34,371 nucleotides of DNA from Macrostomum lignano. Lineage: Eukaryota. The notes under the pieces were generated by a model. It saw only the letters and a program-made list of their open reading frames with translations. It searched no databases and was not told the DNA's origin. How positions within the stretch are numbered: position 1 is the stretch's first letter; every line of letters begins with the position of its first letter. The stretch covers positions 1 through 34,371 of the forward strand of contig NIVC01000966.1 in the NCBI GenBank assembly GCA_002269645.1. The letters run 5' to 3'. A program made the translations under genes and the position numbers. Positions 1-10,196 of the stretch are shown here, in pieces.

Positions 1-856
1 GTAAGTATCAAAAGGTCTAGCTCTAAATAATTATTTTTCCTGGGAAATATAATCTAGTTATTTAGTAACTACGAATTCATATAGCTACATGAAAGTTATG
101 AATAGACCAAGATCATCATCTCAAAGCACTAAAATTGAATCAATCATGACAAACAAGAGAGTTTATTTCTAGAAATTCTTCACGATTCACGATTCAAATG
201 GTGCCGGATATGTTTTCGTGTTTTTAACGTCAGGTAATAGTAGTTGCTCTGAATGATTCCAGTCAAAATAATTCCAAGTTGAACCTAGCTCACTAATGGG
301 TGACAGATTTTAAATAAAATAGTTGAATAGCATATTATCTAAATTAATTGTAAGAAAATATCGAAATTACTAATACGCGCGCTGTACATGCATGATGGAT
401 GTACATGTAACACTTATCATAACCCGCGTATAGCTGCTTGTACAGTATACGTGTATATGTTTCCGTGCATGAAGGTTTTTCAACACAAATACATTGTTGT
501 GATACAAAAGGTTTATCTACTGGGCATAAGGAAATTTTGACTATCATAGCTAGGCTATTTTGATCATGGCAATTGTACATACAGTATAGCTACAGAAGTA
601 AAATTAAATGAATTATCGCGCGCACCTTTCTGTTAAATTGCTTTGCTAACTTACAATTACTGTATTCACAAGTAGATGTAATACACGATATTATTATATT
701 CCGATTTACATTCATATACATGTTAAGTGCACATGTAGTTGTTCATGCGCATGCACAGGCGTTCGATAATACGCTTGAAATGTATGATCGAGATCGAGTA
801 CACATGAGGAATGAGTTGTTACCATTGCATGCATGCATATATATAATGGCCTCCTT

Positions 857-1939
857 CTAGTCCCCACGAATGCAGCACGGAAACACAAATTGCGTAAACT
901 GTCGTTGAAAAGCCAAATAGATCAGCGGATTCACTAGCGAGTTGATGGCAGACAAGAACGGGAATACAAACAGCACGGCCATGGGATTAATTCGCGCGGC
1001 CGCCATCGGATCTACGTACCACAGCATCGAGCTACATGAATCTGGCATGTTCAACGCGATGAACGCGACTACGGTCAGGCCGATTATTAACGTTAATCGA
1101 CGCGATGCGGCTTCCGATTTTGATCCATTCGGTTGCAATCCGGCCGATCGTCTCAGCTGCACAATGATGATGGCGTAGCAGCACAGCATACAGACTGCTG
1201 GCAGGAATATCACCGTGCCCCAGCAGAGCCACACCAGCACGGTGATCAGCGTGGATGGCACTTGACTGCGAAAATCGCATATTATAATCGTTGGAGCCGG
1301 CGACTGCAGGGTTGCATTGTTGATGAGCTCTTCTGAACCATCTTCAATTGTGTAGTTGGAGTCCAATGGAATCGCTTGTGGCCATGCGGACAATAGCGTG
1401 GCCGGTACGTAACCATAGAAACCACTTGTAAACACCATCGTGTAGAACAGTTTCATAACTGTCCATTCGTGTCGCTTCCACCAGAACGGACAGCAGATGC
1501 ACAGACAGCGCTCAATCGAGAATGCCAGATTATTGTAGATACTGCAGATAATTAGATACCAAACTTGAATTGTCCCCTGGTTGCCTAGGAGACAGAAGGC
1601 AATCCAACCGGCGGTTACTTCCGCGACGTCGGCGCCCGGTTTTGGTATCGCTTGTAGCTGAACAAACACCAGATTAGTGACAACAACTAGCAGGTCAATT
1701 GCCGACTGACTGCGGACCAGATAGGTGGCCGATCTAGACGCAATCCGATGACGGAACGCGAACGCCAATAGGAGAATGTTGAGCAGGATTGCCAAGCTTA
1801 GCAGCGAAATAGTCACTGGCAAAGTGTTCCACTCGCCATTTCTGTGCAGCTGCTGCTGACAATGCGGAATGTTTTTGTTGCCACTTATATATCCATTTGC
1901 AATTAAGGATCTGGTCTCTCTGCTGCGCAGGTGTGCCAC
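857..1939 (-). CDS. Class A (rhodopsin-like) 7TM GPCR, orphan/peptide-receptor-like; 7TM region in one exon, 5' end incomplete
   Basis: Seven hydrophobic segments with class A landmarks: TM1 Asn (AILLNILL), TM2 Asp (SQSAIDLL), Cys before TM3 (WIAFC), TM3 SIERCLCICCP (E/DRY-like), TM5 FLP..Y, TM6 LNMP, TM7 NSLVNPLIY, helix 8 F..QF. The ORF start at 1939 is GTG and the first in-frame Met is after TM3, so an upstream exon is required. Stop TAG at 857-859. Confidence 0.92.
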   Translation of the reverse strand: MAHLRSRETRSLIANGYISGNKNIPHCQQQLHRNGEWNTLPVTISLLSLAILLNILLLAFAFRHRIASRSATYLVRSQSAIDLLVVVTNLVFVQLQAIPKPGADVAEVTAGWIAFCLLGNQGTIQVWYLIICSIYNNLAFSIERCLCICCPFWWKRHEWTVMKLFYTMVFTSGFYGYVPATLLSAWPQAIPLDSNYTIEDGSEELINNATLQSPAPTIIICDFRSQVPSTLITVLVWLCWGTVIFLPAVCMLCCYAIIIVQLRRSAGLQPNGSKSEAASRRLTLIIGLTVVAFIALNMPDSCSSMLWYVDPMAAARINPMAVLFVFPFLSAINSLVNPLIYLAFQRQFTQFVFPCCIRGD

Positions 1940-2274
1940 TTCCCAACAAACAATTAGGGATGATTAAGCTACAGTATGAAGAGTTGAAAGCCCCAGTTGT
2001 CTAAGTAAATATTGGAAAATTTCTAAATGGGAGACATTACTTCGTAGATTGAGATCCATCTATCATGTATCCAGGCTCGAAAAATATCTGAAGGCTCATC
2101 CATTATCGTCCCATACGCTCAACTAGATTTGATACTTGGCAGATCGAGTACTAGCTCACCTCACACTTGAGTTGATTGTTACTTAATTAATTAAATTAAT
2201 ATTTACTTTATTGTATTGGCTCGCAGGGGGGTTGCGGCTTAATGGATTGGCAAATTTTAATTACAGCATGGAAG

Positions 2275-2960
2275 CTGTGGCTGTTGGGGAGGGTGTGGCG
2301 GTTGGGAGGGTGTGGCGGCTGGGGAGTTTGTGGCGGTTGGGGAGTGTGTGGCGGTTGGGGAGGGTGTGGCGGCTGGGGAGTGTGTGGCGGTTGGGAGGGT
2401 GTGGCGGCTGGGGAGTGTGTGGCGGTTGGGGAGGGTGTGGCGGCTGGGGAGTGTGTGGCGGTTGGGGAGGGTGTGGCTTTTGGGGAGGGTGTGGCAGTTG
2501 GGGAGGGTGTCGCGGCTGGGGAGGGTGTGGGGGTTGGGGAGTGTGTGGCGGTTGGAGAGGGTATCGCGGTTGGGGAGGGTGTGGCAGTTGGGGAGGGTGT
2601 GGCGGTTGGTTAGGGTGTGAGGGTTGGGGAGTGTGTGGCGGTTGGAGAGGGTATCGCGGTTGGGGAGGGTGTGGCAGTTGGGGAGGGTGTGGCGGTTGGT
2701 TAGGGTGTGGGGGTTGGGGAGTGTGTGGCGGTTGGAGAGGGTATCGCGGTTGGGGAGGTTGTGGCTGTTCGGGAGGGTGTGGCAGTTGGGGAGGGTGTCG
2801 CGGTTGGGGAGGTTGTGGCTGTTCGGGAGGGTGTGGCGGTTGGGGAGGGTGTGGCGGTTGGTTAGGGTGTGGGGGTTGGGGAGTGTGTGACGGTTGGGGA
2901 AGGGTGTGGCTTTTGAGGATGGTGTTGTGGTTGGGGAGGGTGTGGCGGGTGTTGAGGGTG
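2275..2960. repeat. G-rich minisatellite, 18-19 bp unit (GGGAGGGTGTGGCGGTTGG-like)
   Basis: Tandem degenerate copies visible directly; explains the low-complexity ORFs at 2211-3141. Confidence 0.95.
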
Positions 2961-3264
2961 TTGAAAGAATTAAGTTTGAAGAAAAATTATAAACATTTGT
3001 TGTTCCTTCGAAATTCTGGTACCTCCTGATAATCAAAACTGCGTGTTTATTAAGTGCATTGTCAGAAAATGTCAATAAAGTTCCAACACGTATTGCTGAA
3101 TTTTTTCTTGTAATAATGTTAACTACTGAGAGTATTGACAAGTTTCCGAGGTTACAAGAATGAAGCAGCGAGACAAGACTGCTATATCTATATAGGAGTA
3201 GGGCTTTAGTTGGGCTAAACTTAAAGTGGGTTCACTCGCAAAACGAAATACAGATGATGAGAAG

Positions 3265-4215
3265 AGATGGAGACAGAGAGTGAGAAGCGATGAAGGAAGA
3301 GAGTGAGAAGAGTTGGAGGTAGAGAATGAGAATAAATACAGGGAGAGAGTTAGAAGACACGAAGAGAGAGATTCAGAAGAGATGAAGGGAGAGTTTAAGA
3401 GGGGATGGAGGAAGAGAGTGAGAAGAGATGAAGGGAGAGGTTAAGAAGGGATGAAAGAAGAGAGTGAGAAGAGATGTGAGAGAGAGAACGACTAGAGATG
3501 AAGGGAGAGTTTAAGAAGGGATGAAGGAAGAGAGTGAGAAGAGATGAAGGAAGAGAGTGAGAAGAGATGAAGGAAGAGAGTGAGAAGAGATGTGAGAGAG
3601 AGAACGACTAGAGATGAAGGGAGAGTTTAAGAAGGGATGAAGGAAGAGAGTGAGAAGAGATGAAGGAAGAGAGTGAGAAGAGATGAAGGAAGAGAGTGAG
3701 AAGAGATGAAGGAAGAGAGTGAGAAGAGATGAAGGAAGAGAGTGAGAAGAGATGAAGGGAGAGTTTAAGAAGGGATGAAGGAAGAGAGTGAGACGAGATG
3801 AAGGAAGAGGTTAAGAAGGGATGAAGGAAGAGAGTGAGAAGAGATGAAGGAAGAGAGTGAGAAGAGATGAAGGGAGAGGTTAAGAAGGGATGAAGGAAGA
3901 GAGTGAGAAGAGATGAAGGAAGAGAGTGAGACGAGATGAAGGGAGAGTTTAAGAAGGGATGAAGGAAGAGAGTGAGAAGAGATGAAGGAAGAGAGTGAGA
4001 AGAGATGAAGGGAGAGTTTAAGAAGGGATGAAGGAAGAGAGTGAGACGAGATGAAGGGAGAGTTTAAGAAGGGATGAAGGAAGAGAGTGAGATGAGATGA
4101 AGGGAGAGTTTAAGAAGGGATGAAGGAAGAGAGTGAGAAGAGATGAAGGGAGAGTTTAAGAAAGGATGAAGGAAGAGAGTGAGAAGAGATGAAGGGAGAG
4201 AGTGAGAAGAGATGG
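3265..4215. repeat. Purine-rich minisatellite, about 23 bp unit (GAAGAGATGAAGGAAGAGAGTGA) with variant GAGATGAAGGGAGAGTTTAAGAAGG units
   Basis: Tandem copies seen directly, with duplicated higher-order blocks (e.g. GAGAACGACTAGAG near 3485 and 3600). Confidence 0.95.
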
Positions 4216-4352
4216 AGGCAGAGAAGTAGAGGATCGAAAAGACAGAGATTTTAAATCCTGTTAGTCAGGCCCAATCAGGTCCGCCAAGGCTCACTAGACC
4301 AGATCAGTGCTGCCCCGGCCGTGCAGTCCAGCAGTTTGGCATTGGCGTCAGA

Positions 4353-4597
4353 TCACGCGAGAGTGAATCGCCGCTTGAACGCCTCCTGAAAAGCCGAGTT
4401 GAGATCATTCTCCATGCGGCGGTACTCATCCGGGCTGGCAGGATTTCTCTCTTTCTCAGCCAACCATCGAAGAGTAGCGTTGCACTTTTCGGCCAGCTGC
4501 CGGCGTTTTGGCTCTTGGATGGAGTCGAATGCGGACTTCGGGGCCTCTTGAACAGCTTCTTTCATACCCTGTTGGTGCGCGTGTACTTGTTGTCTAG
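4353..4597 (-). CDS. Terminal exon encoding an Hsp70 C-terminal alpha-helical lid-like segment
   Basis: Frame is open upstream of the listed Met: ARQQVHAHQQGMKEAVQE..IQEPKRRQLAEKCNATLRWL..ASPDEYRRMENDL resembles Hsp70 [51 protein letters not shown] (comparison from memory). Candidate acceptor CAG at 4600-4598. Confidence 0.7.
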
Positions 4598-4625
4598 CTG
4601 CCCGCGTCAGACTTCGAAACCACCC

Positions 4626-4898
4626 GTGTCAGACTCTAGAGCTACATGTGTCAGACTCTAGATCTACATGTGTCAGACTCTAGAGCTACATGTGTCAGAC
4701 TCTAGATCTACATGTGTCAGACTCTAGAGCTACATGCGTCAGACTCTAGAGCTACATGTGTCAGACTCTAGAGCGACATGTGTCAGACTCTAGAGCTACA
4801 TGTGTCAGACTCTAGAGCTACATGTGTCAGACTCTAGAGCTACATGTGTCAGACTCTAGAGCTACATGTGTCAGACTCTAGAGCTACATGTGTCAGAC
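4626..4898. repeat. 22-bp minisatellite TGTCAGACTCTAGAGCTACATG, about 12 copies, intronic
   Basis: Near-perfect tandem copies. Confidence 0.97.
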
Positions 4899-5010
4899 TA
4901 AAATTCACCTAAACAATATATGTCCCACTCTAGAATCACCGATGTCACACTCGGAAATCCCTCTGAGTCAGAAGTCCAGCAGAAGTCAGAAGAGACAGCC
5001 AAGCGAACAC

Positions 5011-5350
5011 CTGCTGCCCCTGTAAATCGCTCCATTCCGTTCACCTTAACCCGAGCCTCCAAGCTTCGATGGGGCTTCAAAGATTCCTCCATCTTTCGCT
5101 GCAGCCGCTGCAAGTGCGCCAGGTAAGAGTAGTGCCGAACGCAGTTCAGAGGGCTCAGGCCAGCAGCCTGTCTGTACCGGCGGAAAAGCCTCTGTTTCCA
5201 GGCGTCTTCGGTGAACAAATCGTCGTAGGAGGTGTCCGACGCCCAGACATGGTCGCCCAGCATGGACAGCTGGATGCGAAGCTGGCCAGTTGTCGGCAGT
5301 CGCCGATCGCCGTTGGGATCCTCGTAGTCGCCAGACAAATTCAGACTCAT
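5011..5350 (-). CDS. Probable first coding exon of the Hsp70-lid-like gene; N-terminal part unrecognised
   Basis: True ATG at 5350-5348, GC-rich open frame; LQRLQRKMEESLKPHRSLEARV resembles Hsp70 helix A/B [22 protein letters not shown]. Phase-1 donor CAG|GTGTTC (exon ends 5011) joins the 4597 acceptor in frame, giving 194 aa. Confidence 0.55.
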
Positions 5351-5809
5351 ATTTTCTGTCGGATTTCATCTATAAATGTAGGCTAAATTGCTTTACAGAA
5401 TAACTAGCGTAAAATTCTGAGCGAGTCTCAAACAAAGTTGATCCTGTGGTTTGAGCCACAGACAAAAACTATAAGAAAATTTATAAGAAAAAACTCTAAA
5501 TAGACGCTCATAGTAGTCTCGTAATCAAAAGCGAAATGGAGTGGCCCATCTATTGTTTTTTACTTTCTAGTTTTCTACTTTCCAGTTCAGTAGACAGAAA
5601 GAATATACGGGCTATTTAAAAAACGGCAGTTAAAATGGCGATAGAAACCCACCTGCAAGAGATTCTGATCATAGACTCGATAAATTTATTGAGCATTTTT
5701 GTCTTTACTGCGCAATATTAAAATTCTTCTGTTATCTTTCTACTGAACTGATAGTAGTATGCACGCACATACTGTACCGGTTGGCCCCATTTAGTTATCA
5801 TCATTATAG

Positions 5810-6790
5810 CTAGGGCGTCGCCATGGATTTGATGGTGGGGGGGGGTACAAAACCAAGAATTCAACATGTACATGACTAAACTTCTACATTTCCATTATTT
5901 TGAGAATCGGTGTTGTCAGCGCTCATTTTAGCGCCGCAGGCACTCATTTTGGCGCCGAAGGCACTCATTTTAGCGCCGCAGGCACTCATTTTGGCGCCGC
6001 AGGCACTCATTTTAGCGCCGCAGGCACTCATTTTGGCGCCGAAGGCACTCATTTTAGCGCCGCAGGCACTCATTTTGGCGCCGCAGGCACTCATTTTGGC
6101 GCCGAAGGCACTCATTTTAGCGCCGCAGGCACTCATTTTAGCGCCGCAGGCACTCATTTTGGCGCCGAAGGCACTCATTTTAGCGCCGCAGGCAATCATT
6201 TTAGCGCCGAAGGCACTCATTTTAGCGCCGCAGGCACTCATTTTAGCGCCGAAGGCACTCATTTTGGCGCCGCAAGCACTCATTTTAGCGCCGAAGGCAC
6301 TCATTTTAGCGCCGCAGGCACTCATTTTAGCGCCGAAGGCACTCATTTTGGCGCCGCAGGCACTCATTTTAGCGCCGAAGGCACTCATTTTGGCGCCGCA
6401 GGCACTCATTTTAGCGCCGAAGGCACTCATTTTGGCGCCGCAGGCACTCATTTTAGCGCCGCAGGCACTCATTTTAGCGCCGAAGGCACTCATTTTAGCG
6501 CCGCAGGCACTCATTTTAGCGCCGAAGGCACTCATTTTGGCGCCGCAGGCACTCATTTTGGCGCCGAAGGCACTCATTTTAGCGCCGCAGGCACTCATTT
6601 TAGCGCCGAAGGCACTCATTTTGGCGCCGCAGGCACTCATTTTGACGCCGAAGGCGCTATATTCTGGCGCCCTGAAGAAAAGTTATTTGATTACCACGAT
6701 GTATCACAAGGTGGGGGTGGCATGTCCCCCCATAGTTTTTACTGGAGGGGGGCATTTCCCCCTGTCCCACCCTCGGTGGCGACGCGCCTG
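5810..6790. mobile_element. Non-autonomous hAT-like MITE with internal minisatellite
   Basis: Imperfect terminal inverted repeats CTAGGGCGTCGCCA (5810-5823) and TGGCGACGCGCCTG (6777-6790), 11/14 match, with G/C-run subterminal segments. Putative 8-bp TSD is degenerate (ATTATAGC vs ATTGTACG, 5/8). Confidence 0.6.
5927..6650. repeat. 21-bp minisatellite (A/G)GCGCCG(C/A)AGGCACTCATTTT, about 34 copies
   Basis: Tandem copies with two variable positions; produces the MSACGAK and ALILAPQ pseudo-ORFs. Confidence 0.97.
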
Positions 6791-7644
6791 ATTGTACGCT
6801 CGTAGCATCTGTGCTTATAATTGGAATATTAATTAAATAATTACAAAATTCTATTGTGTGAACGCACTGGCCCAGTTTCCTACACCGATGCGGTGGACGT
6901 TGAATTCTGGGCCATGGACTATTCAGGCTAGACGTCTGGACTGGAAACGGAGCTCTCCTCTAACTGATTATACGTGACGTTTTCTTTAAAACTTTAAGGC
7001 TAACCGGGTACAGGTGAATGGGAGGAAATTTCAGTGGTCCCTGGCTTAAGTTTTAGAAAAAATATACAAAAATCAACTGAATTTAGCTGTCCAATCCAGA
7101 TCTCATTTTTCTTTTCTAGTACTCCCTGGCTTTCTCAAGCTCATTGCGGTTAGCAGCGCATGGAGCGTGTCTTAAGTACATTATTTATTGCTCATCTTGT
7201 CTAAGTTATCTGTAAGTTTGATAAGATTTAGATCTTAAATTCTATTTTCTAGACTAGACAAAATTTAGTATAAAGCTGTATTTTATTCTCAACAGCTAAT
7301 TAGAGGACACTCAAAATGCGAAGGCACTCCCAACGTAGAATCGCTGCTTTGTGTGCCCGTGTGACCCTCCGCCTCGCTTTGCCATTAGTTGTTGTGCGCA
7401 TAATATGTGATGTGACAAATGCTGGAACACCTCGCGCGATTCCATTATAACAGCAATCAGCAATAGTTGGAATATTTCTTATCTTTTTCTTTCTCATCTC
7501 TCTATTTCTCAACTTTTTCATCTCTCACTCTCATTTCTCTCTTTCTCATATTTCTCATTATTACCAGGTATCTCTATAGATACGAGTACTTTGTGTCAGT
7601 AAGAACTATTGAAGTAAAATAACTTTTCTGCGTCACAAGAGTGG

Positions 7645-8034
7645 GGGTCGCTTTACAAGCTCGAAATTTCACAACCTCGAAAAGCACTTCCTTTCACAAA
7701 CCCGAAACTTCACAAGCTCGAAATTTCACAACCTCGAAAAGCACTTCCTTTCACAAACCCGAAACTTCACAAGCTCGAAATTTCACAACCTCGAAAACTG
7801 TTTTTAGCAGCTTGTGAAGTCGCCTGCTAAAATTTTCGAGGATATGAAATTTCGAGCTTATGAAGTTTCGAGTTTGTGAAAGTGGCTGCTAAAATGGTTT
7901 TCGAGGTTGTGAAATTTCGAGCTTATGAAAGTAACTGGTTTCGAGGTTGTGAAATTTCGAGCTTGTGAAGTTTCGGGTTTGTGAAAGGAAGTGCTTTTCG
8001 AGGTTGTGAAATTTCGAGCTTGGGAAAGCAACCC
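7645..8034. mobile_element. 390-bp foldback / Mutator-like non-autonomous element
   Basis: Perfect 9-bp direct repeat CAAGAGTGG at 7636-7644 and 8035-8043. Termini GGGTCGCTTT and AAAGCAACCC are inverted. Arms consist of a 58-bp module (CAAGCTCGAAATTTCACAACCTCGAAAAGCACTTCC...) on the left and its reverse complement on the right. Confidence 0.85.
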
Positions 8035-8809
8035 CAAGAGTGGACGACATGGACATGCAGAAAATTTGTACCTACAGATGGCAAGATTTCTCCGTCCACC
8101 TCATGTGAAGCTGTTCTTTTAAACGTACTGGCCTGCATGGGCCCCATATTTGAGGGAGTGTCACATTCCATGCCTCCCGGCCTGTGCTCAAATCCCTACA
8201 TGGTGACGTGACTTAGCTCGTATTTTAGGCTAAGCTTGCATGAGCACAGCACATAGGGCTCAGCACAATTTACCCATTGAGCACAATCACTGGCGTCTAT
8301 TCTATTCTTCTATCAACTGTACGAGCTATATAGCAAAAGACGCACGCATCATATACGAATAAGTCGACTCACTCTGGCAATAAAAAGCCAGAATAAAAAG
8401 CGAGACAGTTCCGTTAGCAATTAGCATAACGGTGTGCCGCCCCCCAGCCTACCTATCGAACGTAGAAGCCCTATAGCGTCTTTCCAGACTCTCTCCCTAC
8501 CCCTTCATCAGCCCTGCAGGCCTTCTTTCCTGTTCATTGGGGGCATTAAGGAGCATTAACTGAGTCAAGGAGACTGTAAACAAAAGATCTGGTGTGTAGC
8601 AATAGCAACTGGCCTGGAGGGGCCGCGGCTGGGAAAAATATGGCGCAGATTTCCCACTTTTCTGGCGCCCCCACGAGAAGGCGCCCCCACGAGAGCCCCT
8701 CTATAAATGTGGTTCCTCTTGTACTCGCTACTGCAGCTTCCTTTTAGCCAAACTTTAACATATTTAAAAAATTAAAAAGCATCATGGTATAAACATTAAC
8801 GATTAAAGA

Positions 8810-9000
8810 TTGCTGAGATGTCAAGGCTTATGAGGGGATTGGCTGAGATGTCAATGCTTACGGAGGGAATTGCTGAGATGTCAAGGCTTACGGAGGGAAT
8901 TGCTGAGATGTCAATGCTTACGGAGGGAATTGCTGAGATGTCAATGCTTACGAGGGGAATGCCTGAGATGTCAAGGCTCACTGAGGGAATTGCTGGGATG
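8810..9000. repeat. About 30-bp minisatellite GGAATTGCTGAGATGTCAAGGCTTACGGAG, about 6 copies
   Basis: Tandem copies; same unit family as 19946-20362. Confidence 0.92.
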
Positions 9001-10045
9001 TTAAGACTGAGCGGTCAGAAGCTACATGTAGTTTATTCAAAAAAAATTATTCCATCCTTTGTTGTCTCCCCAACGGGGGGCTCTGATGGCTAGTCTATAT
9101 AACTATGGCGCCATGCAATACTTCTATTTGTACATGTAAACCCCTAACCTTATTCTAAATGGCTGGCAGTCAAATGAAGGCAGCATATGTTCTTCTAGTC
9201 CATTTTTTGTTAATTTACACGCAAACACTCGTGAAATTGATTCAGACAAGCAAACATCACAGCCTACAGTTTATTACGAGCGTAGCTTTCAACGGTATTG
9301 TATTGTCATTATGAAGCCTCGAGGCAGTTGCATTCTGGGTTGCGTCATGTCTTTGATAACCATTTGAAGCTGTTGTAAAAGTGACTTGGCTTTGGAGAGT
9401 TCTCTATATACCTATTGTCACCAGCGTCTCATAAATTCTATTTCAAACTGCATAGCCCGACAGATTTCGCAAATTTCTCCGAATTTAGTCTAATGGATGT
9501 TCTCTAGAGCATTTCTAAGAAAAAATATTGGCTTTCTAGTCCAGCTGTGTGCTATTTTTAGACGTCCCTGAACCGGAGGCTGGCCCCCGGCTTACCAGCC
9601 AATGAGATGACGTTCACCGCTCCCCCCGGTCAGATAGCGGGCCAATGGGCTAAGATTTTTTGTTGATCTCGGCTCCATGCAGGAAGCTGAATAAAGTGGT
9701 GACCCGTCTCCCAGAAAATAGCTAATTTCCTCTCAGCCCCGAAGCCCGCCAAGTCCGGAAAGCAGTCCGCCAATAAAAATTTCTGCGGCCTCCATCGTTC
9801 ATATTTTAATATCGAGATAATCTCTACTTTCGCAGCCGCAACAATAGGGTGTCAGGTAAATTGGCGGCATTTTAATAACCTGTGCCAATTCGTCAAGGTC
9901 CCCGTCAAGACCAGATAAAGAAAAGCACAAATTAAACCATTAAGTTACAATAGCAGCCCGCGCTATTGAAGTCAGAGTTGAGTTATAGAAAAAATATACT
10001 GCTCAAAAGATTTTTGACGAGCTCAACAGCCCCCGCGCTACGGCG

Positions 10046-10067
10046 TGAGTCAGTTTTGGAATATAAA
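10046..10067 (+). promoter_or_regulatory. Candidate Msx core promoter (TATAAA at 10062-10067, AP-1-like TGAGTCA at 10046-10052)
   Basis: Motifs 130-150 bp upstream of the first ATG; CCAAT motifs further upstream near 9599, 9642 and 9771. Motif match only. Confidence 0.4.
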
Positions 10068-10196
10068 TTGCGGAAGTAGCGCCTTAATTCCTTTTCCACG
10101 ACAGGCCGCCCAGCCAATAAATTCCCCCCACCCCAATACGAAGCAGCCCAGAGTCTTCTTATTAAAGAGGAGCTTCTCTCTGCTCAGGTGTACTCC

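Noticed and set aside
5876-6805. Repeat-protein ORFs (MSACGAK, THFSAAG, ALILAPQ), and similar ORFs at 2211-3141, 12166-13034, 14314-15164 and 24403-25062
   Set aside because: Unit lengths near multiples of 3 open several frames on both strands; no unique coding flanks or codon-position bias.
6868-6914. Hairpin TGGCCCAG..CACCG-ATG-CGGTG..CTGGGCCA as a pre-miRNA
   Set aside because: Only 47 nt with large internal loops; plausible by chance.
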